Assembly: GCA_964637955.1 (NCBI GenBank)
Contig: CAZWXQ010000001.1
Coordinates: 118,993 to 182,992 of the forward strand
Direction: 5' to 3'
DNA: 64,000 bases
Origin: an uncultured Gammaproteobacteria bacterium
GTDB taxonomy: Bacteria; Patescibacteriota; Microgenomatia; Levybacterales; UBA12049
Shown here: positions 1 through 9,919 of the stretch, in pieces
How positions within the stretch are numbered: position 1 is the stretch's first letter
How the letters are laid out: every line of letters starts with the position of its first letter
Made by a program: the position numbers and the translations under genes
Notes under the pieces: model-generated
The model's input: the letters and a program-made list of their open reading frames with translations, nothing else
The model's database searches: none
What the model was told of the DNA's origin: nothing

Positions 1-9
1 AGAAAAGAA

Positions 10-1986
10 ATGAAATTTGAAGAAATTTCAAATAAAGCATTTGAAATCGGTAAAAATCTTGGAGGTAAATTTGTCACTTCGGGAGATCTTATAACTGCGT
101 ATCTGTTAACATTTGAGCCAGAAACTAAGCTTTTATTTGATAAAAAAATTCGAGAAGAAGATCTACTTAATATAAACAGATGGTCAAGAACTTGTGTTTC
201 TGAGGAACGGCCAAGAATTAGAAGAGCTAGGTTTGTTGGAGTAGGATTTGGAGAAGCACTTACTTATGGATGGACACCAGAAGCTAAGAAATATACTAAG
301 GATCACACTTTCTCGAGTATAAAAAAGAGAAGCCTTATCGAAGGCAGGGAGAAAGAATACAAACTGCTTTTGGATACAATGGAAAAGCCACAGAATAATA
401 ATGTTCTTTTGGTTGGAGAACTTGGAACTGGAAAAGATAATTTGGTTGAAAATTTTATTTATGAAAGCTATGAAGGAAAGCTTTTAAAATTAAATCACAG
501 GAGATTCCTCGAGATTATGGTTGGGGCATTCGTTGCAGGATCAACTAGTAGAGAAGATTTGGAAATCAGGCTTCAAGACATAATTGCGGAAGTAAAACAC
601 TCTGGAAATATCGTTTTATATATTCCGGAATTTCAAAACCTTATGGGTTCAAGCTCATACAATATTGATTTGTCCGGCGCTATCCTTCCATATCTTAGAG
701 ATGGAAATATGCCAATTATAGCCACGATGACCAACGGGGAATATAAGAGATTTTTTGAGAAAAATGCTCTTCGTGAAGTGTTCGAAGTGATAATGCTTGA
801 AGAACCAAGTTTTGCAGTAGCATTAAAGATGCTTTTTATGAAGACTGATGAAATAGAGCTTCAAAATAATGTAAACCTTAGTTTCGCAGCGGTGACATCA
901 GCAGTTAGATTAGCAGATAAATATGAGCCAAATTCTGTTTTGCCTGGTACTGCGGTGGACTTACTTAACGCAGCATCAAATACAGTAAAAATAAGTAGAG
1001 GAAAAAATGCAACAGTTCTCGAGGAGGATGTAGTAGCGACAGTTGAGCAAAAAAGTAAGATTCCTGTTGGAGCGCCTACTCATAAAGAAAAAATGATTCT
1101 TTTAAATCTTGAGAATGAAATGCACAAATATATTATTGGGCAAAATGAAGCAATCACAAAAGTTTCTGTAGCTCTTCGTAGGATCCGAGCTGGGTTAGCC
1201 CGCGAGAAGCCAATTTCATTTTTGTTCTTAGGTCCTACCGGTGTTGGAAAAACTGAAACTGCAAAAACACTAGCTAGGTTATATTTTGGAGGAGAAGCCC
1301 AAATTATACGACTAGATATGAGTGAGTATGGGACTTCTGATGGGCTCAATCGTCTAATTCAATCAGGAGCTGGAAGCTTTCTCGATAAAGTGGAAACTCA
1401 TCCATTTTCTCTGATTTTACTTGATGAGTTTGAAAAGGCAGATCCGAAGATCTTAAATTTATTCCTTCAGGTTTTGGATGATGGACGCATGACAGATTCG
1501 ATCGGTAAAACTGTTTCATTTAATAATACTATTATCATCTCCACAAGTAATGCAGGCTCTGAATATATAAGACAAAATGTAGATAATGAAAAAAATATTG
1601 AAAGTCAGGAACTTCTCGATTATCTTCAAAAGCAAGGAATCTATGCGCCTGAGCTTCTAAATAGATTTGATGATGTGGTAGTGTTTAATCCTCTAAATCA
1701 GGAAGAAATAGCCTCAGTCACAAGACTTGTTATGTCTGATATTACTTCAAAGCTAGCTGCTCAAGATATTAAATTAATAGTTACGAATGATGCTATAGCT
1801 AAGATTTCGAGAGATGGGTTTAATCATGAATTTGGTGCACGTCCGCTTAGGCGTTTTGTGCAAAATAATGTGGAGGATGTTATTGCCAAAATGGTTTTAT
1901 CTAGTGAGGTAAATAGAGGAGATGGTGTAGAGGTAAAAGTAGATTTAAATTCAAATCTTATAATTGAGAAAAAATCCTCAGTTTGA
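10..1986 (+). CDS. ClpA/ClpB/ClpC-family AAA+ ATPase (probably 5'-truncated by the window edge)
   Basis: Two AAA modules: GELGTGKD (atypical Walker A) and FLFLGPTGVGKTETAK; also RLDMSEY, LLDEFEKA and GARPLRR. The frame is open from the window start. Confidence 0.9.
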   Translation: MKFEEISNKAFEIGKNLGGKFVTSGDLITAYLLTFEPETKLLFDKKIREEDLLNINRWSRTCVSEERPRIRRARFVGVGFGEALTYGWTPEAKKYTKDHTFSSIKKRSLIEGREKEYKLLLDTMEKPQNNNVLLVGELGTGKDNLVENFIYESYEGKLLKLNHRRFLEIMVGAFVAGSTSREDLEIRLQDIIAEVKHSGNIVLYIPEFQNLMGSSSYNIDLSGAILPYLRDGNMPIIATMTNGEYKRFFEKNALREVFEVIMLEEPSFAVALKMLFMKTDEIELQNNVNLSFAAVTSAVRLADKYEPNSVLPGTAVDLLNAASNTVKISRGKNATVLEEDVVATVEQKSKIPVGAPTHKEKMILLNLENEMHKYIIGQNEAITKVSVALRRIRAGLAREKPISFLFLGPTGVGKTETAKTLARLYFGGEAQIIRLDMSEYGTSDGLNRLIQSGAGSFLDKVETHPFSLILLDEFEKADPKILNLFLQVLDDGRMTDSIGKTVSFNNTIIISTSNAGSEYIRQNVDNEKNIESQELLDYLQKQGIYAPELLNRFDDVVVFNPLNQEEIASVTRLVMSDITSKLAAQDIKLIVTNDAIAKISRDGFNHEFGARPLRRFVQNNVEDVIAKMVLSSEVNRGDGVEVKVDLNSNLIIEKKSSV

Positions 1987-1998
1987 ATTACCCAGTTT

Positions 1999-2020
1999 GA
2001 GCTGCCGAACGCCAGCTTTT
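1999..2020 (+). terminator. Putative intrinsic terminator after the clp ATPase
   Basis: GAGCTG-ccgaacgc-CAGCTT stem running into a short T run, 12 nt after the stop codon. Confidence 0.4.
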
Positions 2021-2039
2021 GAGTTCGAATCTAATTCCC

Positions 2040-2075
2040 CTGAGAGTCCCGGTCTCGAACCATTTAATCATTATA
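2040..2075 (+). repeat. attL-like direct repeat
   Basis: ctgagagtcccggtctcgaaccatttaatcattata; 35/36 identical to 16767-16802. Confidence 0.9.
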
Positions 2076-2221
2076 ACTTAAAGGGCAAGTTAGCTCCTTT
2101 TGGGCTTCTCACTTCTCCTCAAGCAACTCCCACTTGCCCTTTCTCAGATTGTATCAGTTTATGGCTAAATGAGACATGTAAGACATTTAAAAATAGTTTC
2201 TAAATCCTTTGAATTTGGTTA

Positions 2222-2250
2222 TTGACATATACCCTTATGGGGTATACGAT
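2222..2250 (+). promoter_or_regulatory. Sigma70 promoter with an embedded CsoR-type operator
   Basis: TTGACA(2222-2227)-17 bp-TACGAT(2245-2250). The spacer holds the palindrome TATACCCttatgGGGTATA, typical of CsoR operators. ATG follows at 2257. Confidence 0.85.
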
Positions 2251-2256
2251 ATTGAA

Positions 2257-2529
2257 ATGAAAACACATTACGAAGATGCCAAAGAAAATGCGCAAAAAAG
2301 ATTAAACATCATTAAGGGTCAAATAGAAGGTCTTCAGAAGATGGTTGAGAATGATGAATATTGTATGGATTTATTAAACCAAAGCCTAGCAATACAGAAC
2401 TCCCTAAAAAGCTTAGATGCAGTTCTTTTTGAAAGACATCTTAAGACTCATGTTATGCATCAAATGCAAGAAGCCCCAGAAAAAGCCATAGAAGAAGTTT
2501 TAACTTTATTCAAAAAAGTAGATAAATAA
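2257..2529 (+). CDS. csoR: Copper-sensing repressor CsoR/RcnR family
   Basis: RLNIIKGQIEGLQKMVENDEYCMDLLNQ...HLKTHV. Start moved to the ATG at 2257. Confidence 0.9.
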   Translation: MKTHYEDAKENAQKRLNIIKGQIEGLQKMVENDEYCMDLLNQSLAIQNSLKSLDAVLFERHLKTHVMHQMQEAPEKAIEEVLTLFKKVDK

Positions 2530-2539
2530 GGAAAATTAA

Positions 2540-4828
2540 ATGGAGACTCAAACATTTGATGTTATCGGAATGCACTGCGCTTCCTGCAGTAATATAATAA
2601 GTAAGAAGCTAAAAAAGCTCCCCGGAATTGAGTCGTGCGATGTAAATTTTGCTACAGAAAAAGCTAAAGTTAAGTTTGATTCATCCCAAGTCAATGAGGA
2701 TAAAATGAATTCTGAAATAAAGAAATTAGGATATGCATTCTCCTCTAAAGACCACACGATGATGAACTCAATGAGTGGAATGAAAAGAATGGATCATTCA
2801 CAGCATCTTGGCTTAAACCAATCTAAAGAAGCTAAGATAAAAGAGTTAAAAGAGATGATGAAAAAATTATTATTTGTTCTTCCTTTTACCGCAATTATTT
2901 TTACTTATATGATGTGGGAGATTTTAGCTAAGTTCATTCCTCAAATCCCGTCCTTAGATTTCTCAATGAGATATCTAAACACCTTCATGTTCTTGGTTAG
3001 TATTATCACTCTCTTCTGGGTAGGAAAGCCATTTATCGAAGGAGTTACTAGATTTATTAAATACAGAGCCGCAAATATGGATACGCTTATTGGAATCGGA
3101 ACTCTTACTGCATTTATTTATAGCAGCATCATTTTTCTTTTTCCTGAAGTAGCAACATTTATAAATGCTCCTGAATATGTGTATTTCGATGTCGTAATTG
3201 TAGTAATAGGATTTGTCACTTTAGGTAAATACTTGGAAACAAGATCCAAGATTAAAACTGGAGAAGCCATTGAAAAACTTATGGAGCTTGGAGCGAAAAC
3301 TGCAATTGTAAAAAGAGATGGGAAGGAATTAGAAATTCCTATTAATGAGGTGAAGATTGATGATGTTATTGTAGTAAAACCAGGTTCCAAAATCCCAACT
3401 GACGGAATAATTACAGAGGGAAAATCTAGTATTGATGAATCCATGATCAGTGGAGAGCCTATTCCTGTAGAGAAAAAAGAAGGAGACTTAGTAATCGGTG
3501 GAACGTTAAATAAACAAGGAGGGTTTCTATTTAAAGCAACCAAAGTTGGATCTGACACTATGCTTTCTCAGATCATAAAGATGGTCGAAGAGTCACAGAA
3601 TTCCAAAGCAGAAATTCAAAATTTAGCTGACAAGGTTTCATCATATTTTGTTCCAGTAGTTCTGGGTTTTGCCTTAGTAACCTTTTTTATTTGGATTACG
3701 GTTGGATTCCATTTTCTTGGTATGTCTCAAGCATTTTCTTATGGATTATTATCATTTGTAGGAATTCTAGTTATTGCATGCCCCTGTGCGCTTGGTCTTG
3801 CTATTCCAACTGCTTTAATTGTGGGTACTGGCAAAGGAGCACAGAATGGAATTCTCATTAAAAATGCAAATAGTCTTGAAAATCTTTATAAAGTTAAAAC
3901 TCTTGCTCTTGACAAGACTGGGACTATAACAAATGGAAAACCAGAAGTGACAGATGTAATTAGTCTAAGTAGCGATTATTCTGAAAAACAAATAATTGGC
4001 TTTAGCGCTAGTGTTGAAAGTTTTTCAAGTCATCCCCTAGCTATAGCTGTTATCGATAAAGCAAAAAAAGATAATGTCAAGCTTGTCAAAGCAGATGACT
4101 TCGAAGAAAAAGAAGGATCAGGAGTGAATGCAGTTATAGGTGGATATAAAGTTGAAATTAGAAAACCTAATTTAGAAGAATCAGAAAAATTATCAAGCTA
4201 TTTAAAGGATGGAAAGACAGTTATTTCAGTTGTGATTGAAAATGAATTAGTTGGCGCACTAGTAATTAACGATACAGTTAAAAGTAACGCAATTGAGTCA
4301 ATTAAAAAATTAAAAAAGATGGGAATAAAAACAGTGATGATTACAGGAGATAATAAAAAAGCTGCTGAGTATATTGGAGATAAAACGGGAATTGATAAAG
4401 TCATCTCTGAAGTCATCCCACAAGAAAAAGCAAAGATTATTGATGATTTAAAAGAGGATAATAATTCACTTGCTATGGCAGGAGATGGAATAAATGATGC
4501 ACCAGCGCTATCTCGTGCTGATGTTGGAATTGCTATGGCAACAGGAACAGACATTGCAATTGAGTCATCTGATATAGTTCTACTTAATGGTGATATTTCT
4601 AAAATTCCTCAAGCTTTTAAGCTTTCAAAGTTAACCATGAGAACAGTAAAGCAAAACTTATTCTGGGCATTTATTTATAACATAGTTGGTATTCCAATCG
4701 CAGCTGGAATCTTGTATCCTTTCTTCGGAATTGTTCTAAATCCAGTATTAGCTGGAATGGCTATGGCACTCTCATCCGTATCAGTTGTTGCAAATTCTTT
4801 ATTACTTAAAAGAGCAAAATTAGTATGA
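2540..4828 (+). CDS. copA: Copper-translocating P1B-type ATPase
   Basis: HMA motif GMHCASC; TGEA, CPCALGL, DKTGT, SSHP, GDGINDAPAL, YN and MALSS motifs. Confidence 0.95.
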   Translation: METQTFDVIGMHCASCSNIISKKLKKLPGIESCDVNFATEKAKVKFDSSQVNEDKMNSEIKKLGYAFSSKDHTMMNSMSGMKRMDHSQHLGLNQSKEAKIKELKEMMKKLLFVLPFTAIIFTYMMWEILAKFIPQIPSLDFSMRYLNTFMFLVSIITLFWVGKPFIEGVTRFIKYRAANMDTLIGIGTLTAFIYSSIIFLFPEVATFINAPEYVYFDVVIVVIGFVTLGKYLETRSKIKTGEAIEKLMELGAKTAIVKRDGKELEIPINEVKIDDVIVVKPGSKIPTDGIITEGKSSIDESMISGEPIPVEKKEGDLVIGGTLNKQGGFLFKATKVGSDTMLSQIIKMVEESQNSKAEIQNLADKVSSYFVPVVLGFALVTFFIWITVGFHFLGMSQAFSYGLLSFVGILVIACPCALGLAIPTALIVGTGKGAQNGILIKNANSLENLYKVKTLALDKTGTITNGKPEVTDVISLSSDYSEKQIIGFSASVESFSSHPLAIAVIDKAKKDNVKLVKADDFEEKEGSGVNAVIGGYKVEIRKPNLEESEKLSSYLKDGKTVISVVIENELVGALVINDTVKSNAIESIKKLKKMGIKTVMITGDNKKAAEYIGDKTGIDKVISEVIPQEKAKIIDDLKEDNNSLAMAGDGINDAPALSRADVGIAMATGTDIAIESSDIVLLNGDISKIPQAFKLSKLTMRTVKQNLFWAFIYNIVGIPIAAGILYPFFGIVLNPVLAGMAMALSSVSVVANSLLLKRAKLV

Positions 4829-5853
4829 ATTTAGGATTAATATTCTTAACAGGTTTAACTATAGGAGGACTCACATGTCTAGCGGTTCAAGGTGGCCTTT
4901 TGGCTTCAGTTATCGCATCTAGAGAAAAAGAAGGTATCGAAAAAAAAGGAAAAGTTGATAGAATATTCCCAACTCTAGCTTTTCTTTTAGCCAAACTTTT
5001 TGCATATACTACGCTTGGCCTTGTTCTTGGAGCACTAGGATCATTTATAAGTTTAACATCTCAAGTTCAATCTTTTATTCAATTAATGGCTGGAGTTTAT
5101 ATGATAATAATTGCATTAAATTTACTTGATGTTCATCCGATTTTTCGTTATGCAGTAATCCAGCCACCTAGATTTTTAACTAAAAGAATAAGAAATCAAT
5201 CTAAAAGCTCTGATATATTTGCTCCGGCTATGTTGGGTTTAATGACCATATTTATTCCCTGTGGTACTACCCTTGCTATGGAAGCATTAGTCATAAGTAC
5301 TGCAAGCCCTATTAAGGGCGCATTGATAATGGCTACTTTTGTACTTGGGACATTTCCGATGTTTTTTGGAATTGGATATGTTACTTCTCTGCTTGGCGAA
5401 AAATTTAAAGACAATTTCTTAAGAATTGCAGCGGTATTATTATTTTTCTTAGGATTTCTATCAATATATGGCGGAATGGTGGCATTAGGTGTACCAATAT
5501 CAGTCTCTAAAGTTACAGCGTTATACAAAGTTAATTCTAATAATAGTTCTGGAAATATGTCTGTTGCTTATCCTCCTGTAAAAAATGGTTTTCAGGAAAT
5601 ATTAATTAATGTAAGTAGTAGTGGCTACACTCCGAATAATATAATTCTTAAGGCTGGTGTTCCCACCAAGCTAAATTTAAGGACCAGTAATGCGTATTCA
5701 TGTGCAATTGCATTTAGAATTCCATCTCTTAAGATGGGTGTTAATTTAAAACCTGACGGATTACAAACCTTAGAGCTGCCAAAGCTTGCTAAAGGTGACT
5801 ATTCATTTAATTGTTCTATGGGAATGTATACGGGGGTGATTAAAGTCTTATGA
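4825..5853 (+). CDS. DsbD_2/TauE-like membrane protein with a C-terminal cupredoxin domain
   Basis: TCLAVQGG and IFIPCG membrane domain; C-terminal YSC...FNCSMGMYTG. Overlaps the copA stop (ATGA/TGA coupling). Confidence 0.8.
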   Translation: MNLGLIFLTGLTIGGLTCLAVQGGLLASVIASREKEGIEKKGKVDRIFPTLAFLLAKLFAYTTLGLVLGALGSFISLTSQVQSFIQLMAGVYMIIIALNLLDVHPIFRYAVIQPPRFLTKRIRNQSKSSDIFAPAMLGLMTIFIPCGTTLAMEALVISTASPIKGALIMATFVLGTFPMFFGIGYVTSLLGEKFKDNFLRIAAVLLFFLGFLSIYGGMVALGVPISVSKVTALYKVNSNNSSGNMSVAYPPVKNGFQEILINVSSSGYTPNNIILKAGVPTKLNLRTSNAYSCAIAFRIPSLKMGVNLKPDGLQTLELPKLAKGDYSFNCSMGMYTGVIKVL

Positions 5854-6065
5854 AGAAAATAGTATTAGATATTCATGGAATGCACTGTAATAGTTGTGCT
5901 ATGAATATTGATTTTGATCTGGAAGATCTAGAAGGAATAAAAGAATCTAAAACAAGCTATGCAAAACAAAAATGTGAAGTAGAGTTTGATGAAGAGAACA
6001 TCTCTGAGAAAGAAATATTAAAGCAAATAAAGGAAACTGGATATGACGCTAGTTTAGCTAATTAA
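5850..6065 (+). CDS. copZ: Copper chaperone (HMA domain)
   Basis: GMHCNSC, 71 aa, within the cop operon. Confidence 0.88.
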   Translation: MKKIVLDIHGMHCNSCAMNIDFDLEDLEGIKESKTSYAKQKCEVEFDEENISEKEILKQIKETGYDASLAN

Positions 6066-6067
6066 AC

Positions 6068-6583
6068 ATGAAAAGATTATTAGTAGTAATAGGTTCAATT
6101 ATATTTGTCATTCTAATTATTTTATTTGGATATAAGATCTACAGTAAAGTAACAGTTCCAAAGAAGGTCCACTATCACGCAGGTTTCATAGTTTTCAAAG
6201 ACAATAAGAAAATAAACTTCTCAGATTTTAAATATATGTATGAAAAGCCATGCACTATTAATGGAAAAGAGAATGAAGAAAGCGAAAATGAAAAATTAGA
6301 AAAAGCACATCTTCATGATAATGTTGGCGATGTCGTACATATTGAAAAATCTGGAGCTAAGTGGGGAGATTTATTTACAAATATTAAATATCCAATAGAT
6401 AAAGATGCAATTATTTATATAAACGGTAAGGAGATTAAAAACTTCCAAAAACTTTCCATTAAACCTTATGATTCCTTGGTTATGTTCATTGGGAGTAACA
6501 ATGTAAACGAGGATATAAAACAGGCACTTACGCAAAAATACATAGAAGAAATGGGAAGTAAGAGTAAAACTTGTGGTGACTAG
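6068..6583 (+). CDS. Membrane-anchored His-rich protein, probably metal-binding
   Basis: N-terminal TM helix; VHYHAGF and AHLHDNVGDVVHIE motifs. Confidence 0.6.
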   Translation: MKRLLVVIGSIIFVILIILFGYKIYSKVTVPKKVHYHAGFIVFKDNKKINFSDFKYMYEKPCTINGKENEESENEKLEKAHLHDNVGDVVHIEKSGAKWGDLFTNIKYPIDKDAIIYINGKEIKNFQKLSIKPYDSLVMFIGSNNVNEDIKQALTQKYIEEMGSKSKTCGD

Positions 6584-6599
6584 TAAAGGAGGTGATTGA

Positions 6600-7046
6600 A
6601 TGAAAAAAGAATATTTATATGGATTAATAGGATTATTGGGAGGAATAATAATTGCATTTGTGTTTTCAGCGTCAATTGTTAAAAGCAATAATACAAATAT
6701 GATGAAAATGATGGGAATTTACGCCGTAAAAGATAATGATGATCAAGCGAATATGCCGGTTAAGCAGCACATGATGACTAGCGGAAATATGATGGGAAAT
6801 GATGAAGGCAATTCAATGACAATGAATGATATGGTTTCTGGATTAAATGGAAAAACAGGAGATGCTTTTGACAAGGCATTTATTGCAGAAATGATTCCAC
6901 ATCATCAAGGCGCAATTGATATGGCAAAACTTGTTGAAGAGAATGCAAAACATCAAGAGCTTAAAGATCTTGCTAAAGACATAATTACTGCACAGACAAA
7001 TGAAATTAAGCAGATGAGGCAGTGGCAAGCAGCTTGGGGATATTAA
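6600..7046 (+). CDS. DUF305/CopM-like Met-rich ferritin-fold protein
   Basis: FDKAFIAEMIPHHQGAIDMA...AQTNEIKQMRQW; AAAGGAGGTGA SD upstream. Confidence 0.85.
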   Translation: MKKEYLYGLIGLLGGIIIAFVFSASIVKSNNTNMMKMMGIYAVKDNDDQANMPVKQHMMTSGNMMGNDEGNSMTMNDMVSGLNGKTGDAFDKAFIAEMIPHHQGAIDMAKLVEENAKHQELKDLAKDIITAQTNEIKQMRQWQAAWGY

Positions 7047-7140
7047 TTCTTTTCTAGCAAATCTGAAGAAAGTTAAGATAATCTTCTTTTACTTAAGTTT
7101 AATAGCAGTCTTAATGCTAACCTGTCATATAACTTGAATT

Positions 7141-7983
7141 CTACGACGCAGGATTTTCTAGGCTTTTAGAATACTTATTGAATCTGGTAAATTCAGTCGG
7201 ATTATAAGCATTATATATTTGTAAAAAGATTTGAAGTGTTGCGCAATAGCAAATATAGCTAACCGCTAAAATTCTCTCCGCGTCATCTGGTTTTGAATCA
7301 ATATCTAAAAAAGGCTCACGTGCTGATGCAGGGCCTCTCATATATCTTGTGAGTCCAGGCATCGTTGAATGAACTGAGTCAGAAAAATATGGATAAAATA
7401 ATGTATAAAACTTTTCCGCACTGTTATTTTCAGAAAATTTTCCAATTTTTTTAAGATGAGCGTCTATTGCGATTGTTCTGTCAAATAAAGTTGGTAGTTT
7501 GTTAACATTTTTATCTTTATATCGCTTTCTATCTTTGCTTAATAATTCAGAATTCTCTTTAATGAATATTTCCCAGTCGCCGGCTTTCTTAATTGTCCCA
7601 AATTCCATATTCCAAGTAGGATATTTATCCCAGAGTCTTTTGTGTCTTTTTGCAAATTCATTGGATTGCATGATTAGATCAGATAAAAACAATCTTGCTT
7701 TATCTTCGGATCTACTCGAATATATAAATCTTATATTTAGCCAAATTTCGAACTGCGATCTTAACAAGGATTCTCCTGGCTTTTCATAAGTAGGTGAAGA
7801 TCCCATGAGTTTTAAAATACTCTCCGAATAGCTTTGTGAGGCGCCCATCATAAAATATAAGATTCTTTTTCTTACTCTTACTCTTTTTAGATCTAAAGGG
7901 ATAGAGCTTATCTTTTTAAATCCATATACTAACGCCTCATGATATTCGTTAATTAATTCTTTTTGTTTTTCATTAAATTCCAT
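7141..7983 (-). CDS. DUF5677-like hypothetical protein
   Basis: LLRSQFE...Y..FSDSVHS pattern, recalled as DUF5677-like; 280-aa ORF. Confidence 0.55.
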   Translation of the reverse strand: MEFNEKQKELINEYHEALVYGFKKISSIPLDLKRVRVRKRILYFMMGASQSYSESILKLMGSSPTYEKPGESLLRSQFEIWLNIRFIYSSRSEDKARLFLSDLIMQSNEFAKRHKRLWDKYPTWNMEFGTIKKAGDWEIFIKENSELLSKDRKRYKDKNVNKLPTLFDRTIAIDAHLKKIGKFSENNSAEKFYTLFYPYFSDSVHSTMPGLTRYMRGPASAREPFLDIDSKPDDAERILAVSYICYCATLQIFLQIYNAYNPTEFTRFNKYSKSLENPAS

Positions 7984-8050
7984 AATATTGCCAATGCAAA
8001 ATATAAATTTCTCGCCATAAAAAGTTCTCGTTATTTAATTGGTCTAATTT

Positions 8051-8278
8051 TTATCCTCTTGGTGGAAATGGATCATTTCCGTAAGTCCATTCAGTGCGAA
8101 ATTGACCACCTACTCCTTGAATTAGAATCTGTGATAAGGTTCCAGCAGGTAAACCACCAACATGTTGTTTTGCAGCTTTTATTGCTTCTGCCTGAGTAGA
8201 ATAAAAACCTTCATTGCAATGTTCGCATTGTACCTTCCATTGATTTCCATGGGATAAAACATATACTTTTTGTCTCAT
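8051..8278 (-). CDS. DUF2188 domain protein
   Basis: STQAEAIKAA...GQFRTEWTYGNDPFPPRG; AAGGAGGTGA SD. Confidence 0.85.
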   Translation of the reverse strand: MRQKVYVLSHGNQWKVQCEHCNEGFYSTQAEAIKAAKQHVGGLPAGTLSQILIQGVGGQFRTEWTYGNDPFPPRG

Positions 8279-8340
8279 TTATTTCTCACCTCCTTTGACC
8301 CCCTCTAAGAGAAATATAAAAGAGAAGGGTACTTTTTGAA

Positions 8341-8553
8341 TTATGCATTTTTCTTCCTTCTGTTATAGGGAGACTTATTTGTGGGATGCAGAGAAAGATT
8401 TAACTCATGAGCTTTCGAATATATAGCATTTGGAGATCTTCCTAGCTCATAAGCAATTAAAGGAGTTGGTTTATTTCCTGTTATTGATTTTCTAAGCCTA
8501 GCTTCTTGTGAATCTGTCCACTGTTTGCCGTTATTTATTGGTGTTTTAGCCAC
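8341..8553 (-). CDS. Small conserved basic HTH/Myb-like protein
   Basis: NNGKQWT...TPLIAYELGRSPNAIYSKA...PTNKSPYN. Likely GTG start at 8553 after an AGGTGA SD. Confidence 0.6.
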   Translation of the reverse strand: MAKTPINNGKQWTDSQEARLRKSITGNKPTPLIAYELGRSPNAIYSKAHELNLSLHPTNKSPYNRRKKNA

Positions 8554-8618
8554 TTTGATCACCTGCCTTATGAAATTTGCAATGAATAGCAAATTTTCAT
8601 ATAATTAAGTTAATGTTC

Positions 8619-8648
8619 AGTATAGCACTATAATTTTGTGCTAGTCAA
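8619..8648. promoter_or_regulatory. Divergent promoters with an inverted-repeat operator
   Basis: TAGCAC-N9-GTGCTA at 8623-8643 overlaps a + strand TATAAT (8629) and a - strand TTGACT-18-TATACT. Confidence 0.6.
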
Positions 8649-8657
8649 TACTTATTT

Positions 8658-9263
8658 ATGCTAACACCACGACAAAAAGAAATTTTAGATTTTATTAAAG
8701 AATATGTAGCCAAAAATGGCTATGCTCCTACTCTTAGCGAAATCAAACAAAAATTTCAATTTCGATCAAATTCAGCTGCACATCAACATGTGGCAGCTCT
8801 TCAAAGAAAAGGATTTTTAAAAAAATTACCTTTCCAAACTAGATCTATTTCCTTATTTCAGGAGACAGATGCCATGAAGGAGATTCCCCTAGTAGGAAGA
8901 ATTGCCTTGGGAGAGCCAATAGAATCTTTTAATGCACAGGAAACAATAAACGTACCGGATATGCTGGTTTCAAAAAGCGGACAATATTATGCTTTAGAAG
9001 CAAGAGGCAACAGCATGAATGATGATGGAATTCTAAATGGCGATCTAATTATTGTTAGGCAAACTAGTTATGCTGAAAATGGAGATATAGTTGTTGCATT
9101 AGTTCCTGATGGTGGAGCAACCCTAAAAAGGTTTTATAATCTAGGTAATAAAATTGAACTGAGGCCTAAGTCTCTGGATTCAGAGTTTATGTCCAAATTT
9201 TATCCATATGGAGAAGTTGAGGTGCAAGGGATATTTTCTGGATTAATAAGGAGAGAATTATAA
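8658..9263 (+). CDS. lexA: LexA-like repressor (element-encoded)
   Basis: LTPRQKEILDFI...GYAPTLSEI; cleavage region GRIALGEP; catalytic GNSM and TLKR. Confidence 0.9.
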   Translation: MLTPRQKEILDFIKEYVAKNGYAPTLSEIKQKFQFRSNSAAHQHVAALQRKGFLKKLPFQTRSISLFQETDAMKEIPLVGRIALGEPIESFNAQETINVPDMLVSKSGQYYALEARGNSMNDDGILNGDLIIVRQTSYAENGDIVVALVPDGGATLKRFYNLGNKIELRPKSLDSEFMSKFYPYGEVEVQGIFSGLIRREL

Positions 9264-9919
9264 TGCCAAAATTAAATCAAGAATCTTCTTTGGTGATTAG
9301 CTACAGTAATTCAATTGAGATATTTCCACCCGAATTTTTTGATAACTTAACAGCAATTAATAAACAGATGGAACCCCTAATGGAATCCATACGCAAAATG
9401 AATGAGAGCACGTTATTTGTAATTCAGAAATCTTTTGAAGACATAGATAAGAATATAGGACAGATATTTGCAGTTCAGATGAAATTAGTAAATTTCGCAA
9501 ATATATTTATTAGACCTAGTTTCCCACCTTCACAAATTGTAGATGTTGAACCTACTGAGATTACTCCTTCGCTGCTTCCCACCTCGAGGGTTTTGGCTAT
9601 AGTAGGTAAATTCGAAAATTTTAACATTGGAATCTCTATAGAAGGGAAATTCTATTATGGAGAAAAGCAAATAATTGGATTAACTTTAGGATCAAATCAT
9701 GGGAAATTCTTAAAAATGCTCCTCGAGTCAGATTTTAATTATGTATCTGATGAATATGCATTAAGCATTTTAAATCCTTCAGATAAAGAAAAAGGTATAG
9801 GATTTATTAGAGACGACCTTATCAAGGTTCTAAGAAATAAAAATACCTTAAATGTGCAATTATTTAGAGACAGGAAGCAGGGATATCGACTTATTTCCAT
9901 ACAACCTTTAACCAATTAG
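9263..9919 (+). CDS. Hypothetical protein with a C-terminal winged-helix-like region
   Basis: Coupled to lexA (TAATG overlap); ends ...LIKVLR...RKQGYRL, resembling an OmpR-type wing. Confidence 0.5.
   Translation: MPKLNQESSLVISYSNSIEIFPPEFFDNLTAINKQMEPLMESIRKMNESTLFVIQKSFEDIDKNIGQIFAVQMKLVNFANIFIRPSFPPSQIVDVEPTEITPSLLPTSRVLAIVGKFENFNIGISIEGKFYYGEKQIIGLTLGSNHGKFLKMLLESDFNYVSDEYALSILNPSDKEKGIGFIRDDLIKVLRNKNTLNVQLFRDRKQGYRLISIQPLTN

Noticed and set aside
1990-2075. Complete tRNA or tmRNA gene at the att site
   Set aside because: Only T-loop-like 11-mers are present; I could not build a cloverleaf on either strand.
1964-2203. 79-aa ORF
   Set aside because: It has a TTG start, overlaps the clp end and spans the terminator and attL; probably spurious.
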